The notes: generated by a model not told the origin, from the sequence alone. A DNA stretch of 64,000 bases from Thermoplasmatales archaeon (GCA_027310185.1 DAIDBH010000013.1:1-64000); one strand, 5' to 3'. Shown: positions 9,450 to 19,260, counted from the stretch's first letter. Made by a program: numbers and translations.

Positions 9450-10244
9450 AACCGAGTCTGTTGGAACGTCTTTTATTATTTTTTTAATATCTGAATTTAT
9501 CCTAACGTTCGAATAACTGTCCGGTCTAACACCCAGTACGACAAAATCTGAAGAGGTGGAATAAACCCTTTGAAGTACTGAATCTCTCAGATCGCTTCCA
9601 TGTATTTCCGCAATCTCATAATCAAGTTTTAGTTCTTTCCAGATCTCTGCGTTCATCAATGTTTTAAAACCGTGAATTTTCTTTTTATCGAATGACCTCA
9701 TATCGCATAGGTAGAATTTGGCGTTGAGTACCTTTGACATGACAGCAGCCAGATAGACAGATTTACGGGTATTCAGCCTTTCACTCATGGGAACCAGGAT
9801 CTTCCTGTATGGATATGTACTCCTTTTGATGGAAAGAGAGGCAGTGGTATTCTTCGAATGCTTGATTATATAATCTCCGAGACCGCCAAATAATGACGCT
9901 GAGACACCAGATCTTGATCTGCAACTGAAAAGAACTAGATCGTAGTTCTTCGAATTCGCCTCCCTTATAATGCCCTCCTTGACATTTCTTGCACTCTGTA
10001 TCTTTGGAATAACCCTGAGTCCCTTCTGGCTGGATTCCTTATATGCCTGCATGACAACGGCGACCTTGTCACTCCATGTAACTTCCTTGGATTCGTCCTT
10101 TATTGTAAGTGCTGTTATTTCTGAGCCGAAAACCCTTGCGAAGTCACTTGCAAATTCGAAAGCCCTCCTGGAACTCTCCCCCTTTGCCATTGGCACTAGA
10201 ATTCTATCAGCCTTTGCATAATAAGAGGAAACTGAATCCATCAT
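9435..10244 (-). CDS. Tandem-domain universal stress protein (KdpQ-like context)
   Basis: Two USP repeats (RILVPM...YDLV...GGLGDYIIKHS; KILVPM...DFVVLG...PTDSVLIK); convergent on kdpC. Confidence 0.85.
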   Translation of the reverse strand: MMDSVSSYYAKADRILVPMAKGESSRRAFEFASDFARVFGSEITALTIKDESKEVTWSDKVAVVMQAYKESSQKGLRVIPKIQSARNVKEGIIREANSKNYDLVLFSCRSRSGVSASLFGGLGDYIIKHSKNTTASLSIKRSTYPYRKILVPMSERLNTRKSVYLAAVMSKVLNAKFYLCDMRSFDKKKIHGFKTLMNAEIWKELKLDYEIAEIHGSDLRDSVLQRVYSTSSDFVVLGVRPDSYSNVRINSDIKKIIKDVPTDSVLIKR

Positions 10245-10641
10245 TGATAATGTATTACATTAGCATAATAAATAGTTTTGTTTTGTATTTAAATATGAAA
10301 TATTTATAATATCTGAATTAAAACGATAAATAAAGGATATCATCAAAATAATTTTAAATTTAATACTGACAGATAGTATCATGATAACTAATAACAATAA
10401 ACTTATTTTCTTGCCTAGTTTGCTATAATTAATTATGTTAAATATAGTTATTGGAAAATATTATGTCCATAATTCTATATCTGGCACATATAAATGTTTC
10501 ATGGAATGAACATAACATGTGAATCTGGTTTATAATGTCTGTTTCTCCAAGTTTCTGAAACCAAAGATTGTAATCTATCCTGAAAAAGTTGAATGCAGAA
10601 TTTATAGAAAACATTTTCATAGGGGGTAACTTACACTTACT

Positions 10642-11121
10642 ATGCATTGCTTGATCATTCACAAAGGTAAAATCGAAGGCATGGAAGACATGGAAGAACT
10701 GGCAAGGGTTCCTTACGACGAGGCTTTTGTTGTTGACCTTGATGCAATATCACATTATCATTTTAATTTCAAGCTGTATAATGAACTTTCTAAATATATC
10801 GAATTTACCCTGATGGCATATCCATATAAGGAAAACGACCTGATGGATATAATAGTGTCAGGTGCGTCAAGGGTTGTCATAAATGATACCCTGGAAATAG
10901 ATACCATAAAGAAGTTTATCGATGTTACAGATGAACTTGTAATGCGATGTTCCGATAGCGAAAAGGCCCATATGTTTCACGGCCTGACAGGAAATATGTA
11001 TCTTTCATGCAAGATATTCGATGTTCCAGGTGTTTTTTTCTACTATGGACCATTTTTGAACAGGGGACCAAATATTATTCCACTGGAAAATTTTCCTGAT
11101 GAATTAAGGATAGACTGCTAA
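10642..11121 (+). CDS. Short HisA/HisF-related beta/alpha protein
   Basis: VVDLDA and GASRVVI motifs resemble HisA/HisF strands; only 159 aa. Confidence 0.55.
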   Translation: MHCLIIHKGKIEGMEDMEELARVPYDEAFVVDLDAISHYHFNFKLYNELSKYIEFTLMAYPYKENDLMDIIVSGASRVVINDTLEIDTIKKFIDVTDELVMRCSDSEKAHMFHGLTGNMYLSCKIFDVPGVFFYYGPFLNRGPNIIPLENFPDELRIDC

Positions 11122-11263
11122 GACTTTTCATTTGACGTCTTAATAACATGCATTTTAAGAAAGGGCATGAATGATCAGGGAACTGTATATGCATAATGCT
11201 AGATTTTTTTTCCTGAATTTATGAAACAGTAAAATAACCCAACATAATGAAGTCCTGAGATAA

Positions 11264-12166
11264 ATGGTATCCTTAGCCATACAAACAGGAGGAATTAGTT
11301 TTGAATCACCTGCAATACTCGCATCTGGAATCCTTGATGAGAATGGGTATACAATGAAAAGAATCCTGGAGGAGGGAGCAGGCGCGGTTGTTACAAAATC
11401 CATAGGAACTGAAGAAAGAAATGGCTATTTTTCACCGGTAGTAATTCCTGAAGAAACGTACCTGATCAACGCCATGGGACTTCCAAATCCCGGGATTAAT
11501 TCCTTTGAGGAAGAGATCAAAATTGCCCTCACTGCAAAAAAGCCTGTAATAGGAAGTATTTTTGCTTCAAACACAGATGATTTTCTCAAGATGGCACTGA
11601 GGATGCAGGACTTTGGAGTTAAGGGAGTAGAGCTTAACCTATCCTGCCCTCACGTACAGGGTTTTGGATCCGAAGTCGGAAGTGATCCGGTACTTGTCAA
11701 AGAAATTGTCAAGACTCTGAAAGGTACCCTTAATATTCCAGTCTGGAGCAAACTGAGCCCCAATGTTACCTCCATATCGGAGATTTCAAGAGCAGCTTCT
11801 GATTCGGATGCACTGGTCATGATCAATACCGTTAGAGCTATGGCTATTGATATTGAGGCGAGAAGGCCTGTTCTCACTAACAGTTATGGAGGCATGTCCG
11901 GTATGGCAATAAAGCCGGTTGGCCTGAGATGTGTTTATGAGGTTAGAAAAGAGACAGAAATAGACATAATAGGTGTGGGAGGTATATACAGTTACAGAGA
12001 TGCACTTGAATACATAATGGCTGGAGCATCGGCGTTTCAGGTAGGGACTGCACTGATGAAATATGGCCGTAGTATATTCAGAAAGATTTCTGATGATCTG
12101 GAGAGATACATGACAGTGAATGGTATAGGTAACTTGAAGGACCTCGTTGGGGTGGCTGTGAGATGA
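11264..12166 (+). CDS. pyrD: Dihydroorotate dehydrogenase 1B catalytic subunit
   Basis: VVTKS, NAMGLPNPG, ELNLSCPH, KLSPNV, GGMSG.AIKP, IIGVGGI. Confidence 0.95.
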   Translation: MVSLAIQTGGISFESPAILASGILDENGYTMKRILEEGAGAVVTKSIGTEERNGYFSPVVIPEETYLINAMGLPNPGINSFEEEIKIALTAKKPVIGSIFASNTDDFLKMALRMQDFGVKGVELNLSCPHVQGFGSEVGSDPVLVKEIVKTLKGTLNIPVWSKLSPNVTSISEISRAASDSDALVMINTVRAMAIDIEARRPVLTNSYGGMSGMAIKPVGLRCVYEVRKETEIDIIGVGGIYSYRDALEYIMAGASAFQVGTALMKYGRSIFRKISDDLERYMTVNGIGNLKDLVGVAVR

Positions 12167-12909
12167 TGGAACATATTGGCATAACAAGAAAGGTAACAAA
12201 TACGCCTACTGTTGTTTCACTCTATTTTAAGTGGGATGTTACAGTTCTTCCAGGACAGTTTGTAATGGTTTGGGTTCCTGACTACGGAGAAGTGCCCATG
12301 TCCCTATCTCAAACTGGAGATGAGAAATGTATAACGGTAAAGGCATATGGTGATAGCACAAGAAAATTAATACAAACCAAAGTGGGAGATGAGATATTTC
12401 TGCGTGGACCTTATGGGAAACCATTTTCCACGACACATGGAAATAAATTGCTTATCGGTGGTGGTTCCGGCATGGCTTCACTCAGACCCCTAATTGATAG
12501 GGATGCTACAGGCATCATAGCATCAAGGACCTTTGATGAGCTTCTGTTTTCTGAAGAATTTGAAGAGAAGAAAAGGATTGAGGTAACTGAAGATGGGAAA
12601 AAAGGAATAAAAGGCATAGTACTGGATGGGATAGATACAGTTAACCCGGAGGATTATGCCATGATCTATGTGTGCGGACCTGAAAAAATGCTGAAAGCGG
12701 TATATGATAAGATAAAAAATTTGAAAGTCAATGCCGAATTCTCAATGGAAAGAAGCATGAAATGTGGCATAGGACTGTGTGATTCCTGCTCAGTAAACGG
12801 CTTCCAGGTTTGCACGGATGGCCCTGTTTTCAACATGAAGCAAATAAGTGAGATGACAGAGTTTGGAACAACAAGGTTACTTGCATCTGGAAAGAGGGTG
12901 AAAATTTGA
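12163..12909 (+). CDS. pyrK: Dihydroorotate dehydrogenase electron transfer subunit
   Basis: PGQFVMVW, RGPYGK.F, GGGSG, CGPEKM, and the 2Fe-2S motif MKCGIGLCDSC...CTDGPVF. Confidence 0.93.
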   Translation: MMEHIGITRKVTNTPTVVSLYFKWDVTVLPGQFVMVWVPDYGEVPMSLSQTGDEKCITVKAYGDSTRKLIQTKVGDEIFLRGPYGKPFSTTHGNKLLIGGGSGMASLRPLIDRDATGIIASRTFDELLFSEEFEEKKRIEVTEDGKKGIKGIVLDGIDTVNPEDYAMIYVCGPEKMLKAVYDKIKNLKVNAEFSMERSMKCGIGLCDSCSVNGFQVCTDGPVFNMKQISEMTEFGTTRLLASGKRVKI

Positions 12910-12916
12910 GGGAAAA

Positions 12917-13546
12917 ATGTTAATCACGGAGAAATTTCACAGTATTCAGGGTGAAGGTACCCTAACGGGAGTTCCAATGTATTTCGTAAGAACAAATCTC
13001 TGCAATCTTAGATGCAGTTGGTGTGATACAACATATTCATTTACAGGTGGAAAGGATCAGCCAGTTGATTCATTAATTGAAGAATGCTCCACAGTCTGGG
13101 AAGATTGGATCTGTCTTACGGGTGGTGAACCACTTCTACAAAGAGACGCAGTAGAATTTGTTTCCTCCCTAACAGAGATGGGAAAGAAGATACTAATAGA
13201 AACCGGTGGATCACTTGATATTAGTCCATTCATTAAATATGATGAAACGGTAATTGACATGGATGTGAAGACACCTTCATCAGGAGAAGAAAAGAGTCTG
13301 AGGAAGGGAAACCTTGAAAAGCTGAGGGAATTTGATTATATAAAGATGGTAATCCAGAATGAGACTGACTTTACTTTTGCTCTTGAATTCCTGAAAACCC
13401 ACGAAATGAAATGTGGAGTTATTCTTCAACCTGCCTGGGGAACTCCACCAGAGTGGCTTGTTAACAGGGTTATGGAAAACAGGTTGAATGTCAGGGTCAT
13501 GCTTCAGATGCATAAAATAATCTATGGAGAAAAGAGGGGTGTCTGA
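12917..13546 (+). CDS. queE: 7-carboxy-7-deazaguanine synthase (radical SAM)
   Basis: F.SIQGEG...G.P..FVR..CNLRCSWCDT, TGGEPL, ETGG, QMHK. Confidence 0.9.
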   Translation: MLITEKFHSIQGEGTLTGVPMYFVRTNLCNLRCSWCDTTYSFTGGKDQPVDSLIEECSTVWEDWICLTGGEPLLQRDAVEFVSSLTEMGKKILIETGGSLDISPFIKYDETVIDMDVKTPSSGEEKSLRKGNLEKLREFDYIKMVIQNETDFTFALEFLKTHEMKCGVILQPAWGTPPEWLVNRVMENRLNVRVMLQMHKIIYGEKRGV

Positions 13547-14787
13547 TGGAAGAAAAAATCTTTAGTGGAAAATTCTATTACCTTGGATCTTTCCAGGAAC
13601 TTTTTGTGTACATCCGGGATGGTATAATAACAGATGTAAGAAAATTTGAGAAATCTGTCAAAAGTGAAAGGATTGATGGTGCAGTTCTTCCAGGTTTCAT
13701 GGATGCACATGTTCACTTCAGGGATCCAGGTGAAACTGAAAAGGAGGACTTCTACACGGGAAGTATGTCATCAGTCTTTGGAGGTACTACAACAGTTCTG
13801 GACATGCCAAATAACATCATACCCATAAGAGACTATAATCAGTTTGACAGGAAAAAGGCGGTTGTGAAGGGCAGATCTTTCTCAGATTATGGTTTTTATT
13901 CACTTTATGATGGAACCAACGGAGACGTAATTTCGAAAGAAAGTATTGGACTTAAGATCTTTATGGGAGAAAGTACTAACAGTACAACATTCACAGGAGA
14001 TTATGAAAAGGATCATTTTCTGGAGAGTTACAAAAGACCAGTTGTTTTCCATGGAGAAGCTGCCGAATGCCTGAGAAAGAATAGTGGCAGAGAGGTAAAA
14101 ACACTTTTAGACCACGATTTATCGAGACCAAGCTCCTGTGAGAGAGAGGCTCTCCAGACAATCTCATCACTAAAAACCGGCACAAAGGTTGCAGCCCATA
14201 TAAGCGATTATGGGAATACAGCCAATCTGGATGGAAAATTTTTCAAGGAGGTTACACCACATCACATCCTTCTCAGCGAGGAAATGCAGCTTGGAGCATA
14301 TGGGAAAGTAAATCCTCCATTGAGAGAAAGAGCAGTGATGGAAAAAACCAGGGAAGCATATCTTGGCGGGAAGTTCGATTTACTATCCTCTGATCATGCA
14401 CCACATCTTGAGAAAGATAAGGAGAGTATACAATTCGGAAAATCAGGGATAATAGGAGTTGAAACAAGAATTCCCCTGATGCTAGCCCTGATACAGAAGA
14501 AAATTCTATCGCTGGATACCCTGTTGATGACAGGTGCAGTCAGGCCAGCAGAGATATTTGGCCTGAAGAAAGGAAAGATAGAAAAAGGTTATTCCGCAGA
14601 TTTTGTTTCAGTAAATTTCTCAGACGTGGAGAAATTGAATGAGAATAAGCTTCATTCGAAACTGACTATCTCGCCATTCAATGGATTCGATGTTGTATTT
14701 CCAAGGAATGTCTACCTGGGTGGTGAAAAGGTAATTTCAAACAGAGAAATAATTGAAGACTGCCTTGGAAAGATTATTACTCCCTAA
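13546..14787 (+). CDS. pyrC: Dihydroorotase
   Basis: DAHVHFRDPG, DMPN, EVTPHH, KVNPPLR, SDHAPH; in an operon with pyrD and pyrK. Confidence 0.92.
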   Translation: MEEKIFSGKFYYLGSFQELFVYIRDGIITDVRKFEKSVKSERIDGAVLPGFMDAHVHFRDPGETEKEDFYTGSMSSVFGGTTTVLDMPNNIIPIRDYNQFDRKKAVVKGRSFSDYGFYSLYDGTNGDVISKESIGLKIFMGESTNSTTFTGDYEKDHFLESYKRPVVFHGEAAECLRKNSGREVKTLLDHDLSRPSSCEREALQTISSLKTGTKVAAHISDYGNTANLDGKFFKEVTPHHILLSEEMQLGAYGKVNPPLRERAVMEKTREAYLGGKFDLLSSDHAPHLEKDKESIQFGKSGIIGVETRIPLMLALIQKKILSLDTLLMTGAVRPAEIFGLKKGKIEKGYSADFVSVNFSDVEKLNENKLHSKLTISPFNGFDVVFPRNVYLGGEKVISNREIIEDCLGKIITP

Positions 14788-15454
14788 GGAGCTGAAAGTG
14801 CCTCATTACGTCTATCAATCCCTCTCCATAGGCTTTCTCTGATATATATTCGGCTCTCTCCTTCACAGCGTTGCTTCCATTTGATATTGTCCCGCTCATG
14901 CCAACAACTTCGAAAAGATCTGCGTCGTTGTCCCCATCGCCACAGGCAAGAGTCTCATCTTTTGAAACTCCGTAAATCTTCATCAACTCACCTGCTATGA
15001 AGCCCTTGTTCTGTCCTCTGTTCAGTATATGCTTGGCAAATCCACTATCCTGGATCACAACGTCATATTTCTTCTCATATTTTGTGAAATCATAACTGCC
15101 ATCAAGGATGAAACTTATGGAGGTCTCCCTCCAGCGGTTAGTGATGAACTCGACGGCACCCGTATCTTTCTCAATCTCCCTATAGGCTTCCAGAGTCTTT
15201 TGCTTCTTAAAGTATGTAGTTATCTTCTGGTCATAGAGTAGTATTCCACCATTTTCTCCGGCCAGCGATTCTCCTATACCAAGAATCGTCCTGACTCCGA
15301 ACATTACTGGAAGCACGTTTCCACTTGCAAGGCATATGTGCATCTCAGGGTTTGAACTCACCACCTTCCTGAGATCAATAAGGGTTTTGGGCAGGATGCT
15401 CTGATCCTTCTGTGTCATAGTTCCATCGATGTCAAGAATTAAAAGCCTGATCAT
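14777..15454 (-). CDS. HAD-IIB phosphoglycolate phosphatase (TA0175-like)
   Basis: DIDGTMT, ASGN, ENGG, NKG, GDGDNDADL. Confidence 0.88.
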   Translation of the reverse strand: MIRLLILDIDGTMTQKDQSILPKTLIDLRKVVSSNPEMHICLASGNVLPVMFGVRTILGIGESLAGENGGILLYDQKITTYFKKQKTLEAYREIEKDTGAVEFITNRWRETSISFILDGSYDFTKYEKKYDVVIQDSGFAKHILNRGQNKGFIAGELMKIYGVSKDETLACGDGDNDADLFEVVGMSGTISNGSNAVKERAEYISEKAYGEGLIDVMRHFQLLRE

Positions 15455-15493
15455 TTACAGTAATAATATTAACTTACAATTTATACGTGTCCA

Positions 15494-15781
15494 TTGAAAC
15501 CCAATAAAAACGAGGCAAAGACTGTAGCCCAGAAAAGAATAGATTATCTATATGCCCTGATGAATACTGAAACTGTGGTTCCAAAAACAGAGATAGTGAA
15601 ACAGATAGAGAAACTTTCAGTCAGATTTGATATCACTCTTTCACAGAATATTAAAAGGAGTTACTGCAAGAACTGCAAACATCCATATGAGAGCAATTAC
15701 AGATTAAGAATTAAGAAAGGCATGGTTCTCATAACCTGTTTAAATTGCAACAATATCAGGAGATTTTACATCAATCACTGA
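15494..15781 (+). CDS. rnp4: Ribonuclease P protein component 4 (Rpp21)
   Basis: A..RI.YL, KRSYCKNC...R.RI.....ITCLNC..IRR zinc ribbon; TTG start. Confidence 0.88.
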   Translation: MKPNKNEAKTVAQKRIDYLYALMNTETVVPKTEIVKQIEKLSVRFDITLSQNIKRSYCKNCKHPYESNYRLRIKKGMVLITCLNCNNIRRFYINH

Positions 15782-15998
15782 GTGTCTCAATATGAAACAG
15801 TACCTTGAATCCTTCCAGGGTTGCCTGAATCTTGTCAGCAAACCATAATGAGTCCTCTTCTGTCGCACTGTTTGCCCACTCGTAGACCATATCATGGTCA
15901 CCCATTACCGGTTTAAATCCCAGCGATCTCAGCCTGTTTATTATTTCAGAAGGTTTTGCCCCCTCGCTGGAAAATGTTACGTTTAAATATGTTTTCAT
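15771..15998 (-). CDS. Small conserved-looking hypothetical protein
   Basis: 75-aa alpha/beta ORF with ATG and natural composition (FSSEGAKPSEI..RL..LGF.P..G.HD). Confidence 0.75.
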   Translation of the reverse strand: MKTYLNVTFSSEGAKPSEIINRLRSLGFKPVMGDHDMVYEWANSATEEDSLWFADKIQATLEGFKVLFHIETLSD

Positions 15999-16055
15999 CC
16001 CAATCTCGATGGTTATCTCAAAACTCTATTTATCTTTTGGCTATATCTATCCCTC

Positions 16056-16505
16056 TCACTTCCTGGTTATCTTGATGTAATAACCAATGAAAACCAGAAT
16101 TGAAACAAGGCTCAGTACAACGCTTACTATGACAAGCTCTCCAAGGTTGTAGGATCTGTAACTGACCCTGAAATGAATCAAATCATTTGATTGCTTTAGT
16201 ATTATGTGACCTGAAGAAATATTTGAAGTATAATCATAGGGAAGAGCTATGGTATAATTGTATGTTCCGTCAGGTAAAGATATGTTCAGGTAGTAACCTG
16301 ATGATTCATAGGATTTATTGTTTATCTGAATGGTGAAATTAAGGTTTGATGGCAGACAGCATGATTGGAATACAACATAATTGGATGTCCTTGTCATGGA
16401 AGTTTCAGAAGTGGTCACATGTTGCCCTCCAGAAGCACCGGCTGTAAAGAGCGATGAAATGAGCAGTATGAGAAGCAGGGATATGATCAGGCGCTTTCCA
16501 TTCAT
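16056..16505 (-). CDS. Small surface protein with one Thermoplasmatales-type beta repeat and a C-terminal TM anchor
   Basis: Signal peptide; VVF....LPS...F.I.IN...LPDGTYNY repeat similar to those at 40820-42736; C-terminal TM followed by RK. Confidence 0.75.
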   Translation of the reverse strand: MNGKRLIISLLLILLISSLFTAGASGGQHVTTSETSMTRTSNYVVFQSCCLPSNLNFTIQINNKSYESSGYYLNISLPDGTYNYTIALPYDYTSNISSGHIILKQSNDLIHFRVSYRSYNLGELVIVSVVLSLVSILVFIGYYIKITRK

Positions 16506-16554
16506 TTATTCCTGATTAATTCCAGTCTTATTAAGAGTTATTATCTACCACCTG

Positions 16555-17754
16555 TCATTTGATCTTTTTGCTTACTATTCTGCTGTCCTTGAATGAGAAG
16601 ATATAGGCAACATCTTCACCTTCTAAATAGCTCTCTATTGTCTTTTGCTCGCCATAATAATTGGGTGAATCATAACGCAGTATCACTCTTCCGATATTTT
16701 CCCTTTTCAGAGTTTCTTTCAGTAAACCCGGTTCTACAACGGAGATTACTTCGTATGTATCACCAACAAAATCTTGGATTAGCTTATCCCCCGTGTATAT
16801 TGCCTTTCTCTTTTCTTCCCTGATAATTTTTAGATCGAGTTCATTGCAGTAATTCCCATGGAGACCAGAATAAAAAAGTGAGGCATCTGGAATGAACAGA
16901 TAGTGCATCACCTTGTCTCCGGATTCGGGTTTCATTCTATGATCAGATTTATATGAATAATTATGGTTCAGACTCGTGGCTTCAAAGGTTCTAGAGCTTT
17001 CCCCACAACTATAAAGTGTCAATCGTGATATGTTTCCGTCCACGGATAAATACTGCAGGGTGCCATGTATTTTCTTGATCTTCTCAGGATTCATAAATGG
17101 GGGAAGATCAAATACAAAACCTTTCACACTGTCTCTGTAAATATCCATAACGTGATCCGGATTTGGCTCCAGTTCCTTCATGGATCTTTCCATGGAACTT
17201 GAAGATCTTAGTGGGTCCGAGTAAATTATATCATACTCTCCTTCCCTAATTTGCAGTTTTGTTCCGTCTCCAACTTCAAACTTTGCTTTTCCAGAATACT
17301 TTTTATTGTTGATCCGGGCCATCAGGACTCTTTCCTGGCTCATATCAATCCCGTCAACCCTAGAATACATGGATAGGAATATTGAGGCCATACCAGCACC
17401 ACAGCCAAGGTCGAGAATGCTTTTGCCTTTCAGTCTCTCAGCCCTGAATTTTGCAACATTCTCTGGCGTGGAATATGATGCGGAATACGGATCCATATAC
17501 AGCTGGTCATATTTTGAATACTTATGCCTTATACTCAGCCTCGCCCTGGCAAAATCAAAAAGAATGTCAAGTTCGTTCTTCCTGGTTCCCATTTTTTTTG
17601 AAATTGACTCCTGTTGATAACCAAATGCCATTAGATTGGAAATATCATTTATTTTTCTGTTTATTGACCTTTCCAGCGCTTCATCTTTCAGAATGTTTTC
17701 AAGGAGGTCCACGCGATCAGTAAATGTTCCAAAAGAGGCACTTTTCTTACTCAC
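16555..17754 (-). CDS. Class I SAM-dependent methyltransferase, probably RNA-modifying (Tgs1-like N-terminal motif)
   Basis: STPENVAKFRAERL, motif I LDLGCGAG, motif IV IIYSDP; extended C-terminal domain. Confidence 0.8.
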   Translation of the reverse strand: MSKKSASFGTFTDRVDLLENILKDEALERSINRKINDISNLMAFGYQQESISKKMGTRKNELDILFDFARARLSIRHKYSKYDQLYMDPYSASYSTPENVAKFRAERLKGKSILDLGCGAGMASIFLSMYSRVDGIDMSQERVLMARINNKKYSGKAKFEVGDGTKLQIREGEYDIIYSDPLRSSSSMERSMKELEPNPDHVMDIYRDSVKGFVFDLPPFMNPEKIKKIHGTLQYLSVDGNISRLTLYSCGESSRTFEATSLNHNYSYKSDHRMKPESGDKVMHYLFIPDASLFYSGLHGNYCNELDLKIIREEKRKAIYTGDKLIQDFVGDTYEVISVVEPGLLKETLKRENIGRVILRYDSPNYYGEQKTIESYLEGEDVAYIFSFKDSRIVSKKIK

Positions 17755-17985
17755 TCACACTGATTGAGACCTTATAGATAAACCATGATTAAGGTAATTT
17801 CATGATGACTGCCTTTATCTAATAATACAGTATTTTCTAAGACAGATATATTTCATACGTTTAATCCATGTATAATGTTTTTTTGACGAGTAAAGACGGC
17901 ATACATAATATGGTGGTTCCATTATAAAATAAAACTTAATTGCGTGTTAGAAATCACTTACGGATATCGATGAATAACTCCGGGA

Positions 17986-19260
17986 GTGATGCTTTTGAAT
18001 TCTGAACTCAAAGTTATAAGATGGGACTTCAGAATGACTGACAATATATTGGAAAGAAAATTACAGGAAGATGATGACAAGCTTCAGGAAATGCTATCTT
18101 CTAAGGGCATAGAGAAGAGAGTGATTCTCAGGACCTGTAACAGGCTGGAGATTTATTTTCATGAAGATGCAAAATTTTCCGAAAAGGAGCTGGAAAATGC
18201 AGAAATATTGAAAGATGAACAGGCTATAAAACATCTATTAAGGGTTTCTTCAGGATTGGAATCCATGTCTATAGGGGAGCAGGAAATACTGAGGCAAATA
18301 AAGGAAGCTTTTGACCTGGCCCACAGGCAGGGAAGAACTGATAAATTTTTATCCATGATTTTCCAGAGAGCATTGAAGGTAGGCAAGGAAGTTAGGGAGA
18401 CTACTGAAATCTCCCATGGAAAGGTCTCAATACCTTCTATTATGATTGAGCAGATCGAGAAGAAGGGTCTGTTGAACAGCAGTACTATTGGCGTAATTGG
18501 AACTGGCAAAATGGCAGCTACAGTTGTAAAATACCTTAAAAAGAAACCTTCTGTTAAGATAACGATATATGGGAGGAATGAAGAAGCAGGTTCCGAGTTA
18601 TCACATCTTTTCAAGGTCAATTTCAGGAAGACCCTTGATATAGGAAATATAGTTGAAGAATGCCATGTAATTATTACAGCCACAAGCTCCAAAACTCCAC
18701 TGATCACAAGGGAGCTCATTGAAAAAATTCCCAGAAAATTACTTTTTATAGATATTTCAAACCCGAAGAATATCGAGGAAAGCTACAATAATCCCAATGT
18801 TGAACTGATAAATCTGGAGATGGCAAACCAGATCCTTCAGGAAAACAGGAAGAGAAAGGAAAAAGATATAGAAGTGGCAGAAGCTATTATTGATAAAGAA
18901 TTGAGGAAGATTTATTCCAAGCTTGCAGAGGGTGAGATTGAGGGTTATATTGCCTGCCTCTACAGTAGATCCAAGGATATACTGAGTGATGAGATCGAAA
19001 AATTTAACAGGGCAATCGAAAATGGCACAGAAGAGAGGGAAGCCCTGGAGCTGCTGGGAAATTCCATAGTGAACAAGGTTCTTGCACCAGAAACACTGAC
19101 CCTTAAAAAGATGGTAAGAGAGGGAAAAACTGAGAGTGTAAGGGAATTTCTAGATTCAGCCATGAAGTTTACCGATAGGGAATTCTATTCTTCGCCTGAA
19201 GATCATAAAGAAAGCCAAAGTCAACAAGTCCAAAATCATCAGTTATGCCAAAAACCCTGA
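17986..19260 (+). CDS. hemA: Glutamyl-tRNA reductase
   Basis: TCNRLEIY, GLESMSIGEQEILRQIK, GTGKMA, DISNPKNIE; the start may be ATG 17989. Confidence 0.95.
   Translation: MMLLNSELKVIRWDFRMTDNILERKLQEDDDKLQEMLSSKGIEKRVILRTCNRLEIYFHEDAKFSEKELENAEILKDEQAIKHLLRVSSGLESMSIGEQEILRQIKEAFDLAHRQGRTDKFLSMIFQRALKVGKEVRETTEISHGKVSIPSIMIEQIEKKGLLNSSTIGVIGTGKMAATVVKYLKKKPSVKITIYGRNEEAGSELSHLFKVNFRKTLDIGNIVEECHVIITATSSKTPLITRELIEKIPRKLLFIDISNPKNIEESYNNPNVELINLEMANQILQENRKRKEKDIEVAEAIIDKELRKIYSKLAEGEIEGYIACLYSRSKDILSDEIEKFNRAIENGTEEREALELLGNSIVNKVLAPETLTLKKMVREGKTESVREFLDSAMKFTDREFYSSPEDHKESQSQQVQNHQLCQKP

Noticed and set aside
10250-10662. AT-rich gap with short ORFs (10438-10662 minus; a 36-aa GTG ORF on plus)
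   Set aside because: No recognisable family, SD site or repeat structure; most simply divergent promoter DNA.
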